Shown piece after piece: positions 1 through 12,796 of a stretch of DNA of 64,000 nucleotides. The DNA comes from Malacoraja senta (lineage: Eukaryota): assembly GCA_038087875.1 (NCBI GenBank), contig JAXLNO010000556.1, forward strand, positions 62,001 to 126,000, in the 5' to 3' direction. A program made the translations under genes and the position numbers. The notes under the pieces were generated by a model. That model saw nothing but the letters and a program-made list of their open reading frames with translations. It was not told the DNA's origin and did no database searches. How positions within the stretch are numbered: the first letter of the stretch is position 1; each line of letters starts with the position of its first letter.

Positions 1-1739
1 CGAAACCTTCCGTAGGGGGTGGCGAAGGTTGTCAAAATGGACGACCGCTCGTCCAGTGGTATCTGCCAGAATGAGCTCTTGGCATCGAGGACCGAAAAGA
101 CCGTTGCTGGACCAACCCGTGCAGCGACGTCTTCCACCGTTCTCATAGGGTAGTGAGGGCGCCGAATGGCCAGGTTGAGGTCTCTGGGGTTGATGCAGAT
201 GCGTATCTCACTCATGTCCTTTTTAGCAGCAACAACCATGGAAGAGACCCAGCTGGTGGGCTCGAAGACCGCCTTTAGGACGCCCATTTGTACCATACTG
301 TGTAGGGTCGCCTCCATTTTGTCCCTCATGGCGAAGGAAATACGGTGAGGAGCATGGACCACAGGAACGATCTTATGGTCCACTTCAATCTTGTAGCTGC
401 AGGGTAGTTTGCCTAGCTTATCATCAAAGCGGTCGGGATACTCGGCCAGTGGGTCCATAAGAGCCTGCACGTGGTGGATGTCCCGGTGGAAGGACACCAG
501 TCCCATTTCCTGGCATGCCTGGATCCCCAGCAGGGGAACGCAACTTCGATTGAGGAGAAAGAAGGTGAGGGGCCGAGTGGCCTTCAGTATCTTACAGTGT
601 AGTGTGGCCTTGCCCACAGGAGTAAGGATCTCCCCACCGTAGGCATGCAGGTTTGAACTCTGAGAAAATATCTTCTCATTAGTCCTTATCTGGTTGAAAA
701 GAGATGTTGACATAACATTGGTAACCGCCCCAGTGTCGATTTTGGCCGTGAAGGTCGAGTTGTTCACAGTGACTTGCACAGAAGGATCCGTTATCATAGC
801 AGGTGCGTCCACCACGGTAAACAGGCTGGTTTCCCCCTGAGAGGAGTTAGATGTGGGAACAGAATGTTCATCGGAATAGTGCTGGGAGCTGAGATCATTA
901 TCCGACTGTAGAAGGTTGTTTAAATTTTGCCTTCGAGCAGCGACAGGCTTCCCACGGGAACGACAAGCTGCAGCAAAATGGTTCAACTTATTACAGGAAT
1001 TGCAATTCTTTCCCAGCGCAGGGCACACATTGAACTGATGAGTTGTGAAGTTGCAATTAGGGCACCTTTGCTGGGTGCCTCCCCTTGTGGCACCACCGAA
1101 CCCCGGGGCGCGTCCCCCTCGAGCAGCGAGCGACACCGGGGGTCGCGACTGGGGTGCGTTCATGAGATAGCTAGGAGTGCTGGCAAAGTTGATCGCCTGT
1201 TCAGCCGGCGGCGCCGCCGCGGAAACAGCGTCGGCTAAGCGAGTAGCGTGCATTGCATCGGCCAAGGTCAGATCCGGCTTGCGAAGTAGTTCGGACCTGA
1301 GCTTCTCATCACGGAGACCGTAAACCAGTAGGTCCCTGATGACATTGTCGGGGGTCCACGTCTCGAGGCGGCAGCGCCTGCCCAGGTCCCGCAGCGCAAT
1401 GACATAGTTCTCAGCAGATTCCCCAGGGAGCTGACGCCGCGCGAACAGTTTAAAACGTTCTAAAATGCAATTAGTCGGAATGTCACAAATAGCGTCAAAC
1501 TTAGCCAACAGACATGCCGGGTCCCGAGCTGATTCTCCAGGAGCGTAGACGAAGAAGTCAGAGCGAGTCAAGGCGTTGGGACCAGCCAAGTTGAGAAGCA
1601 GTGAGGCTTTGAGAGCGGGGGTGGCGCCAGGATGGGCAATCGTGAAATAGTGTTCAAAGTCGCGTTTGAATATGTCCCATCGAAGGGCGATGTCGAAATC
1701 AAAAACGAGCGCATCGGGCTTACGGGCAGAAGAGGCCAT
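1..1739 (-). CDS. gag-pol: Ty3/Gypsy gag-pol polyprotein, 5' part (Gag, Cys/His knuckles, protease, start of RT); runs off the window
   Basis: ATG at 1739 gives MASSARKPDALVFDFDIALRWDIFKRDF, homologous to the Gag at 5301. Protease AKIDTGA (~740) and RT TFATPYGRFR (29-1) are in the same frame. It is absent from the ORF track, consistent with no stop in the window. Confidence 0.9.
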   Translation of the reverse strand, partial: MASSARKPDALVFDFDIALRWDIFKRDFEHYFTIAHPGATPALKASLLLNLAGPNALTRSDFFVYAPGESARDPACLLAKFDAICDIPTNCILERFKLFARRQLPGESAENYVIALRDLGRRCRLETWTPDNVIRDLLVYGLRDEKLRSELLRKPDLTLADAMHATRLADAVSAAAPPAEQAINFASTPSYLMNAPQSRPPVSLAARGGRAPGFGGATRGGTQQRCPNCNFTTHQFNVCPALGKNCNSCNKLNHFAAACRSRGKPVAARRQNLNNLLQSDNDLSSQHYSDEHSVPTSNSSQGETSLFTVVDAPAMITDPSVQVTVNNSTFTAKIDTGAVTNVMSTSLFNQIRTNEKIFSQSSNLHAYGGEILTPVGKATLHCKILKATRPLTFFLLNRSCVPLLGIQACQEMGLVSFHRDIHHVQALMDPLAEYPDRFDDKLGKLPCSYKIEVDHKIVPVVHAPHRISFAMRDKMEATLHSMVQMGVLKAVFEPTSWVSSMVVAAKKDMSEIRICINPRDLNLAIRRPHYPMRTVEDVAARVGPATVFSVLDAKSSFWQIPLDERSSILTTFATPYGRF

Positions 1740-1832
1740 AACAAAAACAGTTAGGGGGGGAAACAAAACACTGGGTCAAAATTAAATGATAAACCGATAA
1801 ACGGGAGGCGCAAGGTAAGTTATTTGACACCA

Positions 1833-2036
1833 TGTAAAGGATTGATAACGAGGCATCGTTACTTTACTATCTTTATTCATACTGGATCATTATACATTGC
1901 ACTAGCTGTACGTGGTCTGTCACAGGAACTAGAGAGCGATCTGTGGGTGTGGAGGTTGTAGTTATACTTGTGATATGGGGAGTGGTTAGTGGGTGTGAGG
2001 TCACTATGTTAAAGGCACATGCATATCTCATCGACA
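1833..2036 (-). mobile_element. 5' LTR (204 bp) of Gypsy copy 1, followed by PBS
   Basis: Minus strand reads TGTCGATGAGATATGCATGTGCC...CTTTACA, then TGGTGTCA (PBS, tRNA-Leu-like). Homologous to the LTR at 5002-5205. Confidence 0.92.
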
Positions 2037-2060
2037 AACATGTCGCCCCCACCGGAAGTC
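2037..2060 (-). mobile_element. Probable extreme 5' end of another L1, interrupted by Gypsy copy 1
   Basis: GACTTCCGGTGG matches the 5' termini of the L1s at 13797 and 51895. Confidence 0.5.
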
Positions 2061-2139
2061 TAGGGTAGCGTTTTTTATGTATTTAAAACGTAGGCCGAAG
2101 TGATCAAGATGAGACTTTTAGTAATAGTATAGAAGATAT

Positions 2140-2277
2140 GGGCAAGTACATTGCTAGAACAGGTTTGAAGGATGTGGACAAAACACAGGCTGGTGGGAGT
2201 AATGTAGCTGGGATATGTTGCTCGGTGTGGGCAAGTTGGGCTGAATGGTCTGTTTCTTCGCTGTAGTACTCTATGAT
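2140..2277 (+). mobile_element. CR1/HER1-type LINE 3' tail fragment
   Basis: GGGCAAGTTGGGCTGAATGGTCTGTTTC...ACTCTATGA tail motif, recurring throughout the window. Confidence 0.7.
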
Positions 2278-2301
2278 TAAATGATTCTACTATTCACTTA
2301 C

Positions 2302-2379
2302 GAATCGCGGCATATAACTTCGCCTAAATTTGCGAGCTCCAATACAGGACAATCGAACCACGGCTTGAGGACGGACCTT
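2302..2379 (-). other. Candidate 78-nt host exon
   Basis: Acceptor gttcttagatttccag, donor gtaagtg, length a multiple of 3, in CpG-containing sequence with no recognisable repeat. Ends ATG CCG CGA TTC. Confidence 0.35.
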
Positions 2380-5300
2380 CTGGAAATCTAAGAACGAATC
2401 CAGTGAGGAACTGGTGGAGTTCAACAGTCCTGCTATTCCACTACCGGTCCACTAGTGGGCTCGCAAGCTTACGCCAGTCTATTCCCTCTGAATCCGGTTA
2501 ATTTCAGACATGTGCTGCTTACCGTGTAACTGGCCGAGTGTCAGGATCCATCCACTCACCGCGAATTGTCGGTCGATAGACAAACCATTCAGCGTGTGAC
2601 TAAAACGATATCAGATCGTCGTTTTTTTTAAATTTTATTTTATTAGAAGTAAGTACAGAAATATGGCACCAAGGTGCCTAATATATATTGTCATGTTACA
2701 TTTTATGTACAGCTCTTTTTTTTTAATAATGAAAAATAAAAAGAGAGAATAGATAATAAATGATAGAAAAACGTGTGATATATAGTGTGTGAAAAGGAGA
2801 AAAGGGTGAAAGAAGAAAAATGAAGAAAAGAAGATAGAGAGAGAAAGAGTAGAAAGTAAGAGATTAAGGAGATCATTATCTATATTCTTGACCATCCCTC
2901 ACCCAATCCTGAAACAGTTAGCTTCTACGATTTTGTTGCACCATATGCTTCCAACAAATCAACAAATGAAGACCAACTCATTAAGTATTAGTCTGATTTA
3001 TCTGTTAGGAGGAATCGCATTTCCTCAAGATGTGCGGTGTCCAGCATATTTGAAATCCACATTTCAAGCGTTGGTATGGGTGTATTTTTCCAAAATTTAA
3101 GTATAAGTTTTTTTGCCGTTATTAACCCATAAATAAAAAAATAAATTTTGAGATGTTCAATTTATTCCCATCTTCCATTACTCCAAATATAATCATTTCA
3201 ATATTAGGTTCCATATTTATGTTGAATAATTTTGTAAATATCTCAAAAAATATCACTCCAGAATTTATACAGTTTTATGCAGGAAACAAAAGAGTGTGTT
3301 ATAGTTGCATTTTGGGAAAGACATTTATCACAAATGGGGGAGGTATTTGGATAGAATTTATTCAATCTAGTTTTTGAATAATATAATCTATGTACAATTT
3401 TAAATTGAATTAAATTATGTCATACATTAATCGAACATTTGTGTATCTATATAAAATAATTTTCCTATGTATCCTGCGTGATTTTTATCATTATTTCTCG
3501 TTCCCACTCTTCTCTAAGTGCCTCTGTCGATGGTAGGTCTATATTTAAAATACTATTATATAAATATGCTATTAATTTATGTGAGTCAGCCTTCATTGCT
3601 TCTTCCAGTGGATCTAAAGTTATGTTTTGATATATTTGTATGCATTTCTTCATGAAGTCGCAGATCTGAAGATATTTAAAATATTGGTTATTTTTAGTTT
3701 ACATTTTAATTGTAATTGTTGGAATGATAACAGATTTCCCATTTCATACATATCACCGATCCTTTTAATTCCCATTTTTTCCCATTGATTATATGTTTTA
3801 TCAACAAGAGACGGTTTAAATGAAGGATTATTCACTATTGTCATTAACAATGATAGGTTTCTTAATTTTAAAGATAATTTTATTTGTTTCCAAATTCTTA
3901 TTGTATCATGTATAATTGGGTTATTCTTATATATTGTGTTGTTCAGTTTTATCGGGGCGAAGAGGATCGCTCCTATGTTACAAGGAGAACAATCCATTTT
4001 CTCCATTCTTATCCATTCTGTCTGTTGGGTAGAACTGTCCAACCAGTAAATTATATTCTTAATATGCACTGCCCAATAATAATACAACAAGTTCGGAAGT
4101 GAAAGTCCCCCAACTTCTTTTGGTTTGCACAAGTGTTTTCTTTGAATTCTGTGTGATCTATAGTCCCAAATAAAATTGGTAATATTAGAGTCTAGTTTAA
4201 AAATAAAGTTTTTTGCTATATATAATGGTATAGATTGAAATATGTATAACATTTGTGGTAAAAAGATCATTTTTATAGTGTTTTTTCTGCCTATTAATGA
4301 TAACGGAAGTGTTTTCAAGAATTTAATCAACGCGTTGAGTTTATTTAATAAAAGCATAAAATTCTCATTAAATAATGCTTTGTACTTTCAAGTAATTTGA
4401 ATAGCCAAATACTTACATTTTTCTGTTGCAATTTTAAAGGGGAATTTTAATAGGTGTGTAGATTCTTGAGGTTTTAACTTAATGATTTCACTTTTATTCC
4501 AATTTATTCTATATCCAGAAAAAGAACCGAATTCCTCTATTAAATTTAATAAGTTTGGTATGCTCGTTTGTGAATTTGTAATGTATAAAATATATCGTCT
4601 GCATATAATGACATTTTTTTATTCGAGTCCGTAGTATTATATCCCAGAATATTCGGATGAATTGTTATAATTTCAGCCAGGGGCTCTATCATAAGGGCAA
4701 ATAGCAGAGGTGATAAAGCACATCCCTGCTTATTGCCCCTCGATAATTGAAATTTTGGAGATAACATATTATTGGTTAATATTCTTGCCGTCGGTTTATC
4801 ATATAATAATTTTACCCATACCATAAAATTCTCTCCCATATTAAATGTTTGCAGTACTTTATATAAATACTGCCACTCTATCTGATCAAATGCTTTCTCT
4901 GCGTCCAGAGAAACAATTGATATATCTTCTTCCTCCGTTTTATGTGAGTACATTATATTAAACAGGCTTCTCAAATTATTAAATTAATGTCTTTTGTGTA
5001 TTGTAGATGAGATATGCATGTGCCTTTAATATAGTTACCTCATCACTACTGACCACTCCCCATAACCCAAGTATAATTACAACCTCCCCACCCACATATC
5101 GCTCTCTAGTTTCCATGACAGACCACGTACAGCTAGTGCTCTCTGTAATGCTGCAGCATGAATAAAAGAAGTAAAGTTACAGTGCGTCGATAATACTTCT
5201 TTACATGGTGTCAGTCCTCTTACCCTTGCGCCTCCTGTTTATCGGTTGTTTATTTGAATTTACCCCAGTTTTCTGTTCCAACCCCTCTTATTTCCTCGTT

Positions 5301-8300
5301 ATGGCCACTTCTTGCCGCAAGCCCGATGTGCTAGTTTTCGATTCAGACATTGCCCATCGATGGGATGTCTTTAGACGTGACTTCAACCACTATGTCACAA
5401 TCGCTCATCCTGCCGCTACACCAGAAGTCAAAGCTTCTCTGCTTCTCAACCTGGCTGGTCCCGATGCGCTGGCTCGGTCAGACTTCTTCGTCTACGATGC
5501 GGGTGAATCTGCTCGGGACCCGGTATGTTTGTTGGCTAAGTTTACCGCTATTTGCGACATTCCCTCTAACTGCATTTTAGAACGTTTTAAACTGTTCGGG
5601 CGGCGTCAGCACCCTGGTGAATCGGCCGAGAACCATGTCGCTGCTCTGAGACACCTGGCCAGGCGGTGCCGCCTTGACACGCTGACCCCCGAGGAACTGA
5701 CCAGGGACCTCCTGGTTTACGGTCTCCGCGATGAAAAGCTAAGGGCTGAACTTTTGCGCAGGCCCGACCTGTCTTTTAACGAGGCCATGCATGCCTGCCG
5801 TTTAGCGGAAGCTGTCACCTCGGCGGTGTAACCGGCTAATCATGACATTAACTTTGCCAGCGGTACCAGCCGTCGGCTGAACACGACCCCGCCACGACCC
5901 CCGGGGTCCGGCTTTGCTCCCGGGAGACGCGCCCAGCAGAGGTGCCCCAATTGTAACTTTGCTACTGATCTGTACAATGTATGCCCTGCTTTGGGTAAAA
6001 CGTGCAATTACTGCAAGGAATTGAACCACTTTGCTGCTGTCTGCCGTTCCCGTGGGAAGCCTGTTGCTGCTCCAAGGCGTATGTTAAACAACTTGGTGCA
6101 AGCTGATAGCGAGCTCGGTTCCCAGTACCATTCCGACGAATTCCCTGTGTCTGACTCTGGGTCCTCTCAGGGGGAAACCAGCGTATTTGCTCTGTTGGAT
6201 GCACCTGCTGTGATAACAGACCCTTCAGTTCGTGTAACTGTAAACAACGCGACCTTCACCGCTAAGATTGATACCGGAGCTGTTGCAAATGTTATGTCAA
6301 CGAGCCTCTTCAAAAAGATAAGGACTAATGAGCAAATTACTTCTGATCGCTCCACTTTGCATGCGTACGGGGGAGGGGTGCTTATTCCTGTGGGAAAGGC
6401 AACTCTGCGCTGCAAGATACTGAAAACCTCTCGGCCCCTCACTTTCTATCTCCTTGATTCCAACTGCATTACCCTGTTGGGCATCCAGGCATGCCAGGAC
6501 TTGGGCCTGGTCTCCTTCCACCGTGACATCCACAATGTGCAGGCCCTCATGGACCCGTTGACTGAATATCCGGACCGCTTTGATGAAGAGCTGGGCAAGT
6601 TAACCTGCAACTACAAGATTGTAGTCGACCGCAAGGTCGAGCCAGTGGTCCGTGCGCCACACCGTGTCTCCTTCGCCATGAAGGACAAAGTAGGATCGAC
6701 GCTGCACAGCATGGTGAAATTGGGCATCCTAAAGGCGGTCAGCGAATCCACCAGGTGGGTCTCCACCATGGTGGTTGCCGCGAAAAAGGACAAAAGCGAA
6801 ATACGCATTTGCATCAACCCCAAGGACCTCAACCTGGCCATCAAACGCCCGCACTACCCTATGAGAACAGTAGAGGACGTTGCCGCACAGGTTGGTCCGG
6901 CCACAATCTTTTCTGTCCTCGATGCCAAGAGCTCCTTCTGGCAGATACCGCTTGACGAGCAGTCCTCCATCCTGACGACTTTCAGCAACCCCTTCGGCAG
7001 ACTTAGGTTCCTCCGAATGCCATTCGGAATCAACTCTGCCAGCGAGGTGTTACAACGGACAATGGAGCAGCTGTTTGCCGGTCTACCCTGCGCCATCATC
7101 GTTGACGACATCTTGGTCTACGGTAAGGATGTCGCCGAACACCACTTCCACCTCCGCCAAGTCCTAGACCGGGCCAGGGAGATCAATTTGAAACTGAACC
7201 CCGAGAAGTGCCGATTCCGCGTCCCGGTGGTCACATATGTTGGACATGTATTCATAGCCTCGGGGCTGAAACCCGACCCGCAGAAAACGGCTGCCATCTC
7301 CGGGATGTCTTCACCCACTGATGTGCCCAGCCTGCAACGTTTCCTAGGCATGATAAACTACCTGGGGAAGTTCATTTCCGACCTCAGCGAGCTCAGCGCA
7401 CCCCTGACGGAGTTGATAAAGAAGGACACGGCCTGGGCTTGGTTCCCTCAACACCAGAGAGCATTCGACATCCTTAAATCTAAGCTAATCAGTACCCCCA
7501 CACTTAAATGTTTTGACCTGCATCGTCCCATTATCCTCACCTGCGACGCCTCTCAGTTCGGGCTCGGTGCCGCTTGCTTACAGCTCCATTACGGCCTGCA
7601 GCTGCCGGTTTCCTTCGCGTCCCGCACCATGACCCCTGCCGAACGGCACTACGCTCAGATCGAGAAGGAGCTACTGGCCGTGGTGTTTACCTGCTCCAAA
7701 TTCAAGGACTACATTCTAGGCAACACTTTCACCATCGAAACTGATCACCAGCCGCTTGTCACCATTCTCAACAAATCCATCCACGTTGCCTCATCCCGAC
7801 TGCAGCACATGATGCTGCAGCTCCAGCGCTTCACTTTTGAAGTTGTTTATCGTAAGGGCAAAGACATGTTCGTGGCCGACACGCTGTCCCGTGCACCGCT
7901 AGCATCCACTGATCGCCACCCCTATGAAATGTCTGACCTGATGGTGCTCAATGTTAATATTGTCCCCTCACAGCAGATGAAGTCCCTGGTCGAGCATACT
8001 GCCGATGATCCTGCCCTGCAACAGCTTTCTGCCATCATCCAGCAGGGCTGGCCCGACCGTCGTTCCGCTTTGCCGCATGGCGCCGTGCCCTACTTCCTGA
8101 TCCGGGATGAGCTGGTACTTCACGACGGCGTGGTTGTGAAAGGACAAAAGGTTGTTGTGCCTGATGCGCTGCACGACCACTATTTTCAGGCCGCTCACCG
8201 CGGTCATTCTGGGGCCGAAGCCACCTTGTCCCACGCCCAGAGCCAGTTCTACTGGCCTGGTATGGCTCAATACATCCGGGAGAGGGTCTCCTCGTGTTTC

Positions 8301-9438
8301 ACCTGCAACAGTCTCGCCCCCCACCAGCAACGTCAGCCGCTTCTGCAGCAGCCTGCCCCCGAACTGCCCTGGATGGCGGTTGCCACTGACATTTTCGATT
8401 GGCGGGGCAAACACTTCCTGGTCGTGGTCGACTCCTACGCCAGCTGGTTCGAGGTTGACCAGCTGCACTCCCTCACCTCTTCGGCCGTTGTCGATAAGCT
8501 GGGCCGCCATTTCTGTACCTTTGGCACCCCGGCAACCCTGCAGTCGGACAACGGCAGCCAATTCACGAGCTCCGAGTTTAGGGCTTCCGCAACCCGCTGG
8601 AACTTCCGCCACTTCACCAGCAGCCCGGAGTACCCGCAAAGCAACGGTCTGGCCGACGCGCCATCCGCAGTGCAAAGAACTTCATGGAACAATGTCACTT
8701 GTCTAACTCCGATTTTTTATGGCCCTCCTTAACCTTCGCAACATCTCCCGCGACCCTGTCATGGGATCCCCTGCGCAGCGGCTCATGTTTCGCACTACCA
8801 GACCACCGATTCCAGTCGCCCAGCGCTCCCTCATCCCCTCTGTCCTCAAGCCCGCTGCTGTCCAGGAACGCATTGCCTTTAAGCACGAGGTTCAGAAGCG
8901 CTCCCATGACAAGTCCTGCCGCCCCCTGCCGCGCCTTTTCCCCGGTCAGGTCGTCCGCATGCAGACCCCCTCCGGCCATTCCCGGCTCGCTACTGTCGTC
9001 GCCTCTGCTGGGTCGCCCAGGTCCTATCTCGTCGACCATGCGGGTACGGTCTACCGCCGGTCCCGCCAACACCTGCGGCTCGTCAATGAGCCACGTCTGC
9101 GGCTCGCGGTTCCTTTTGCTCCCCCTCTGCAATTTCGGCACCCGGCCGGTGCTCTGCCCGCCACTCCTCGCATGCCACGGTCTCTACCCTCTCAGCTCTA
9201 TCAGTTTAGTCCTCCTCCGGCTCTCCCTCCCTCGCCTGCCCGCGCGCTGCCCGCTGCTGAACCCGCATCCCCTCCTGCCTTTCTGCCCTTGTCTTCTCCG
9301 TCCTCTCCCGGCTCCCCCGTTCCAGTTCGGCCGTCCGCGCCTGTTCCTCTTCCTCCTGCCGGGAGGGAGGATGGCGAGATGCGAACCTGGTCGGGACGTG
9401 TTGTCAAGCCGCCTGTCCGCTATGGTGACTTTGCTTAA
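5301..9438 (+). pseudogene. gag-pol: Gypsy gag-pol with stop/frameshifts (Gag 5301-5831; PR-RT-RH-IN 5991-~8655; IN C-terminus to 9438)
   Basis: CNYCKELNHFAAVC knuckle, DTG protease, IVDD RT, CDASQFGLG RNase H, H-H-C-C and SDNG integrase. Frameshift at NGLA(E)RA, the catalytic E. Confidence 0.93.
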
Positions 9439-9535
9439 CCGTTTCTAGCGCATGAGACGTGGTCGCCCTGTCACTACCTTGTTTGCCTTTCGTTTCCAAG
9501 GGGAAGGATGTAGATGAGATATGCATGTGCCTTTA

Positions 9536-10987
9536 CGAGGATTTTCAACCAGTCTCTGGCCCAGTCCACTGTCCCATCCTGTCTGAAGTCCCCTTGCCCA
9601 AAAAAAAACACATTTCCAGTCTCAACGACTACCGGCCAGTCGCACTCACACCAGTGGTGATGAAGTGTTTTGAAAAACTGGTCGGGGGTCACATCACATC
9701 ACTGCTGCCCCGAAGCTTTGACCCCCACCAGGTTGCGTATAGAGCGAATAGATCCACAGAGGATGCTGTAGCCACAGCACTCCATGCTGCACTGTCACAT
9801 CTGGAGCAGCGGGGGAGCTACGTGCGGATGCTCTTTGTGGACTACAGCTCTGCTTTTAACACCATCCTTCCCCACAAACTGGTGGACAAACTGGGGGACC
9901 TGGGACTTCCACACTCCACCTGCATGTGGATAAAGAACTTCCTGTCGGGTCGCAGTCAGAGAGTCAGAGTGGGCCGTCACACATCTACGGCCCTCAGCCT
10001 CAGTACCGGCTCTCCACAGGGCTGCGTGCTGAGCCCCCTGCTTTACACCATCTACACATATGACTGCACCCCCGCCGACCACAGTAACACCATTGTCAAA
10101 TTCGCGGATGACACCACGGTGGTGGGGCTCATCTCTGGGGGGGGATGAGTACGCCTACAGGGATGAGGTGGAGCAGCTGACAGGGTGGTGTGGAGAAAAT
10201 AACCTGCTCCTCAACACCTCAAAGGCCAAGGAGCTCATAATTGACTACAGGAAGAAGAAAATGGAGATTACACCACTAATCATCGATGGGGACTATGTGG
10301 AAAGGGTGGCGGATTTCCGCTTCCTGGGAATCCACATTGAGGAGGACCTGACTTGGAGCGTGAACACCTCTGCGCTGCTGAAAAAGGTCCAGCAGAGACT
10401 GTACTTCCTGAGGGTGCTCAGGAAGAACAATATCACCCAGAGACTGCTGCTGTCCTTTTATCGGTGCTCAATTGAGAGCATCTTAACATACTGTGTATGC
10501 GTGTGGTACACCAGCTGCACAGCGGCTAAGAGGAAAGCGCTCCAGAGGGCAATTGACAACGCCCAGAAGATTATCGGCTGCCCTCTCCTCACCTTGAAAG
10601 ACCTACACAGTTCCCACTGTCTAAAAAAATCCAAGAAGATCATAAAGGACATTTTCCACCCAGGTCACTCCCTGTTTGTACTGCTGCCGTCAGGCAGACG
10701 GTACAGATCAATGAGGACAAGGACAAACAGACTCAAAAACAGTTTTTATCCCACGGCAATAAATACACTTAATGTAGCCACCAAATGAGTACAGGTGTGC
10801 TACACACCAAAGGGACTGTGAAATAGACAGAAGAATGGTTTTTTTTCATGATATCTATTTTAGTTGTTTATCTTAGACTTTTGCTTTAAGAAAATGTGTG
10901 AATGGTGCACTGACTGGTTGGCATTTCTAATTTCGTTGTACATGTTTACATGTTATAATAACAATAAAGTATTCATGCATTCATTCA
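9536..10987 (+). mobile_element. 5'-truncated Rex1/Babar-type LINE inserted in the Gypsy 3' LTR
   Basis: [33 protein letters not shown] motifs. Frameshift in the G-run at ~10140. AATAAA plus (ATTC)n tail. TTTA duplicated at both junctions. Confidence 0.93.
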
Positions 10988-12796
10988 TTTAATATAGTTA
11001 GCTCATCACTACTAACCATTCCCCATATCACAAGTATAATTACAACCTCCCCACCCACATATCGCTCTCTAGTTTCCGTTACAGACCACGTACAGCTAGT
11101 GCTCTCTGTAATGCTGCAGCATGAATAAAAGAAGTCAAGTTACGGTGCATCGATAACACTTCTTTACAGGTTTAAACCCCGTTTGATCAGGATTTATCAA
11201 CTTACTAATGTATTTATTCAATCTTCTTGCTAAGGTCTTTGCTAAAATTTTCTGATCTGTATTTAAAAGTGATATAGCTCTATATGAGCCCGGTTCATCT
11301 AAATCTTTATCTTTTTTTGGTATAAGCGTAATAGTTGATTAAGCTAATGTTTCTGGTAGTTTATTTTCTTTAAAGGCGTGAGTATATAAATTAAGTGAGC
11401 GTGGAGCCGTTATCTCGTGAAATCTTTTATAAAATTCGTTACTAAAACCATCTGGTCCAGGCGTCTTACAATTTTTCAACGATTTTATTGTTTCACCTAT
11501 TTCTTCAATTGTAATCTGAGCTCCTAATTCCTCTTGTTCCGAAAGGTCAAGTTTTGGAAGATTACAGTTATCTAATATATTTATAATTTTACTATCTTCT
11601 ATTTTAGTTTTAGATGCATACAAATTTTGATAAAATTGAGCAAATCTATCGTTAATATCCTTAGGTAATGTTAGTAATTCACTTTTCTCTGATTTAATTT
11701 TAGTGATAGTATTTTCCTTTTCTTGTTTTTTCAATTGACTAGCTAAGAGTTTATGTGGCTTGTCACCAAATTCGAAATGTTCCAGTTTTGTAATTTGGAA
11801 TAATCGTATTACTCTTGCCGATAAAATTCGAATAAGTTTAAATTTCAATAGTATTATCTTATTATGTTTATCTGTAGTTGGATCTTTGGCATTATCTAAC
11901 TCTAATTGTCTAATTTCTTGTTCTAGCATCAGTTGTTCTGTCTTATTCTTTTTATTTTGAAAAATTTGATATGAGAGTATAACTCTGATAAATGCCTTGA
12001 ATTTATCAAACCAGAGCAAATAAAAACAGAAACAATTCAGAAAAAGGGGGAAAAATAAAAAACCAAAAATAAAACACAACGTATGTTCAGTTCTATAAGA
12101 ATATATGCCTTTCCAATTTATCTAACATCAATCTATTCTAAACTTTACCATATATATCCACCCAAAATTATTACATTATATCCAATTCTTTAGTACAAGC
12201 AGGTTCCAGGTTCCAAGTGGTTAAACAAAGCCACGCATCTGGATCTTTTCCTAATGCATGATGCTCCCACCTCCTTCACACACAGTATTCACACACAGAT
12301 AATTAGTATTATTAAATTTGTTAGATTAATTGATTATATTTTATTATAATTTAGTAATTAAAGATTTTCTTAAGTCAACAGATTTTTATATTCCAGTCCG
12401 TAATGTCTCATTTCATGTCCCTCATTAATTCCCTCATTAATTCTGTATCTTCAACGTCCCTTTGTTTATCTTTAAGTTTTCCATTCAATGTGAAACATGG
12501 ACTGTACGCTCGAAAAACACATTCCTGAAAAAGTTCCGCCATCTTAATTAGAGCAAAGTCTTGTATTAAAAAGTTTAAACTTCATCCGCGTCGTCATCTT
12601 CATCCTCGTCGTCTGCTTCATCCAATGTTTTCAACGCTATCTTGTGCGTATTTAAAAGCCATTTCAGGATCCGTGAATGAGCGTTCGGTAGCCTTATAAG
12701 TAATCTTCATTTTTGCAGGATAAACCACCCCATATCTCACTTGGGGTATTCCTTTCAGAATATTTCTTATCTTTGTAAACAAGATCCTTTTTTGGA

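Larger units (their letters stand above)
5002..11168 (+). mobile_element. Full-length Ty3/Gypsy LTR retrotransposon (copy 2), inactivated
   Basis: 5' LTR 5002-5205 (TG..CA), PBS TGGTGTCAG at 5206, PPT AAGGGGAAGGA 9498-9508, split 3' LTR 9509-9535 + ~10992-11168. About 11 differences in 204 bp between LTRs (manual count). Degenerate TSD TGTAT/GGTTT. Confidence 0.96.

Noticed and set aside
7968..9141. Antisense and overlapping ORFs within Gypsy pol
   Set aside because: Shadow ORFs of GC-rich coding sequence, with no motifs.
8719..9438. Extra env-like or chromodomain ORF after pol
   Set aside because: It is the frameshifted integrase C-terminus with a Pro-rich tail; no transmembrane or chromodomain motif.
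9459..10148. LTR-LINE fusion protein
   Set aside because: Chance read-through across the insertion junction.
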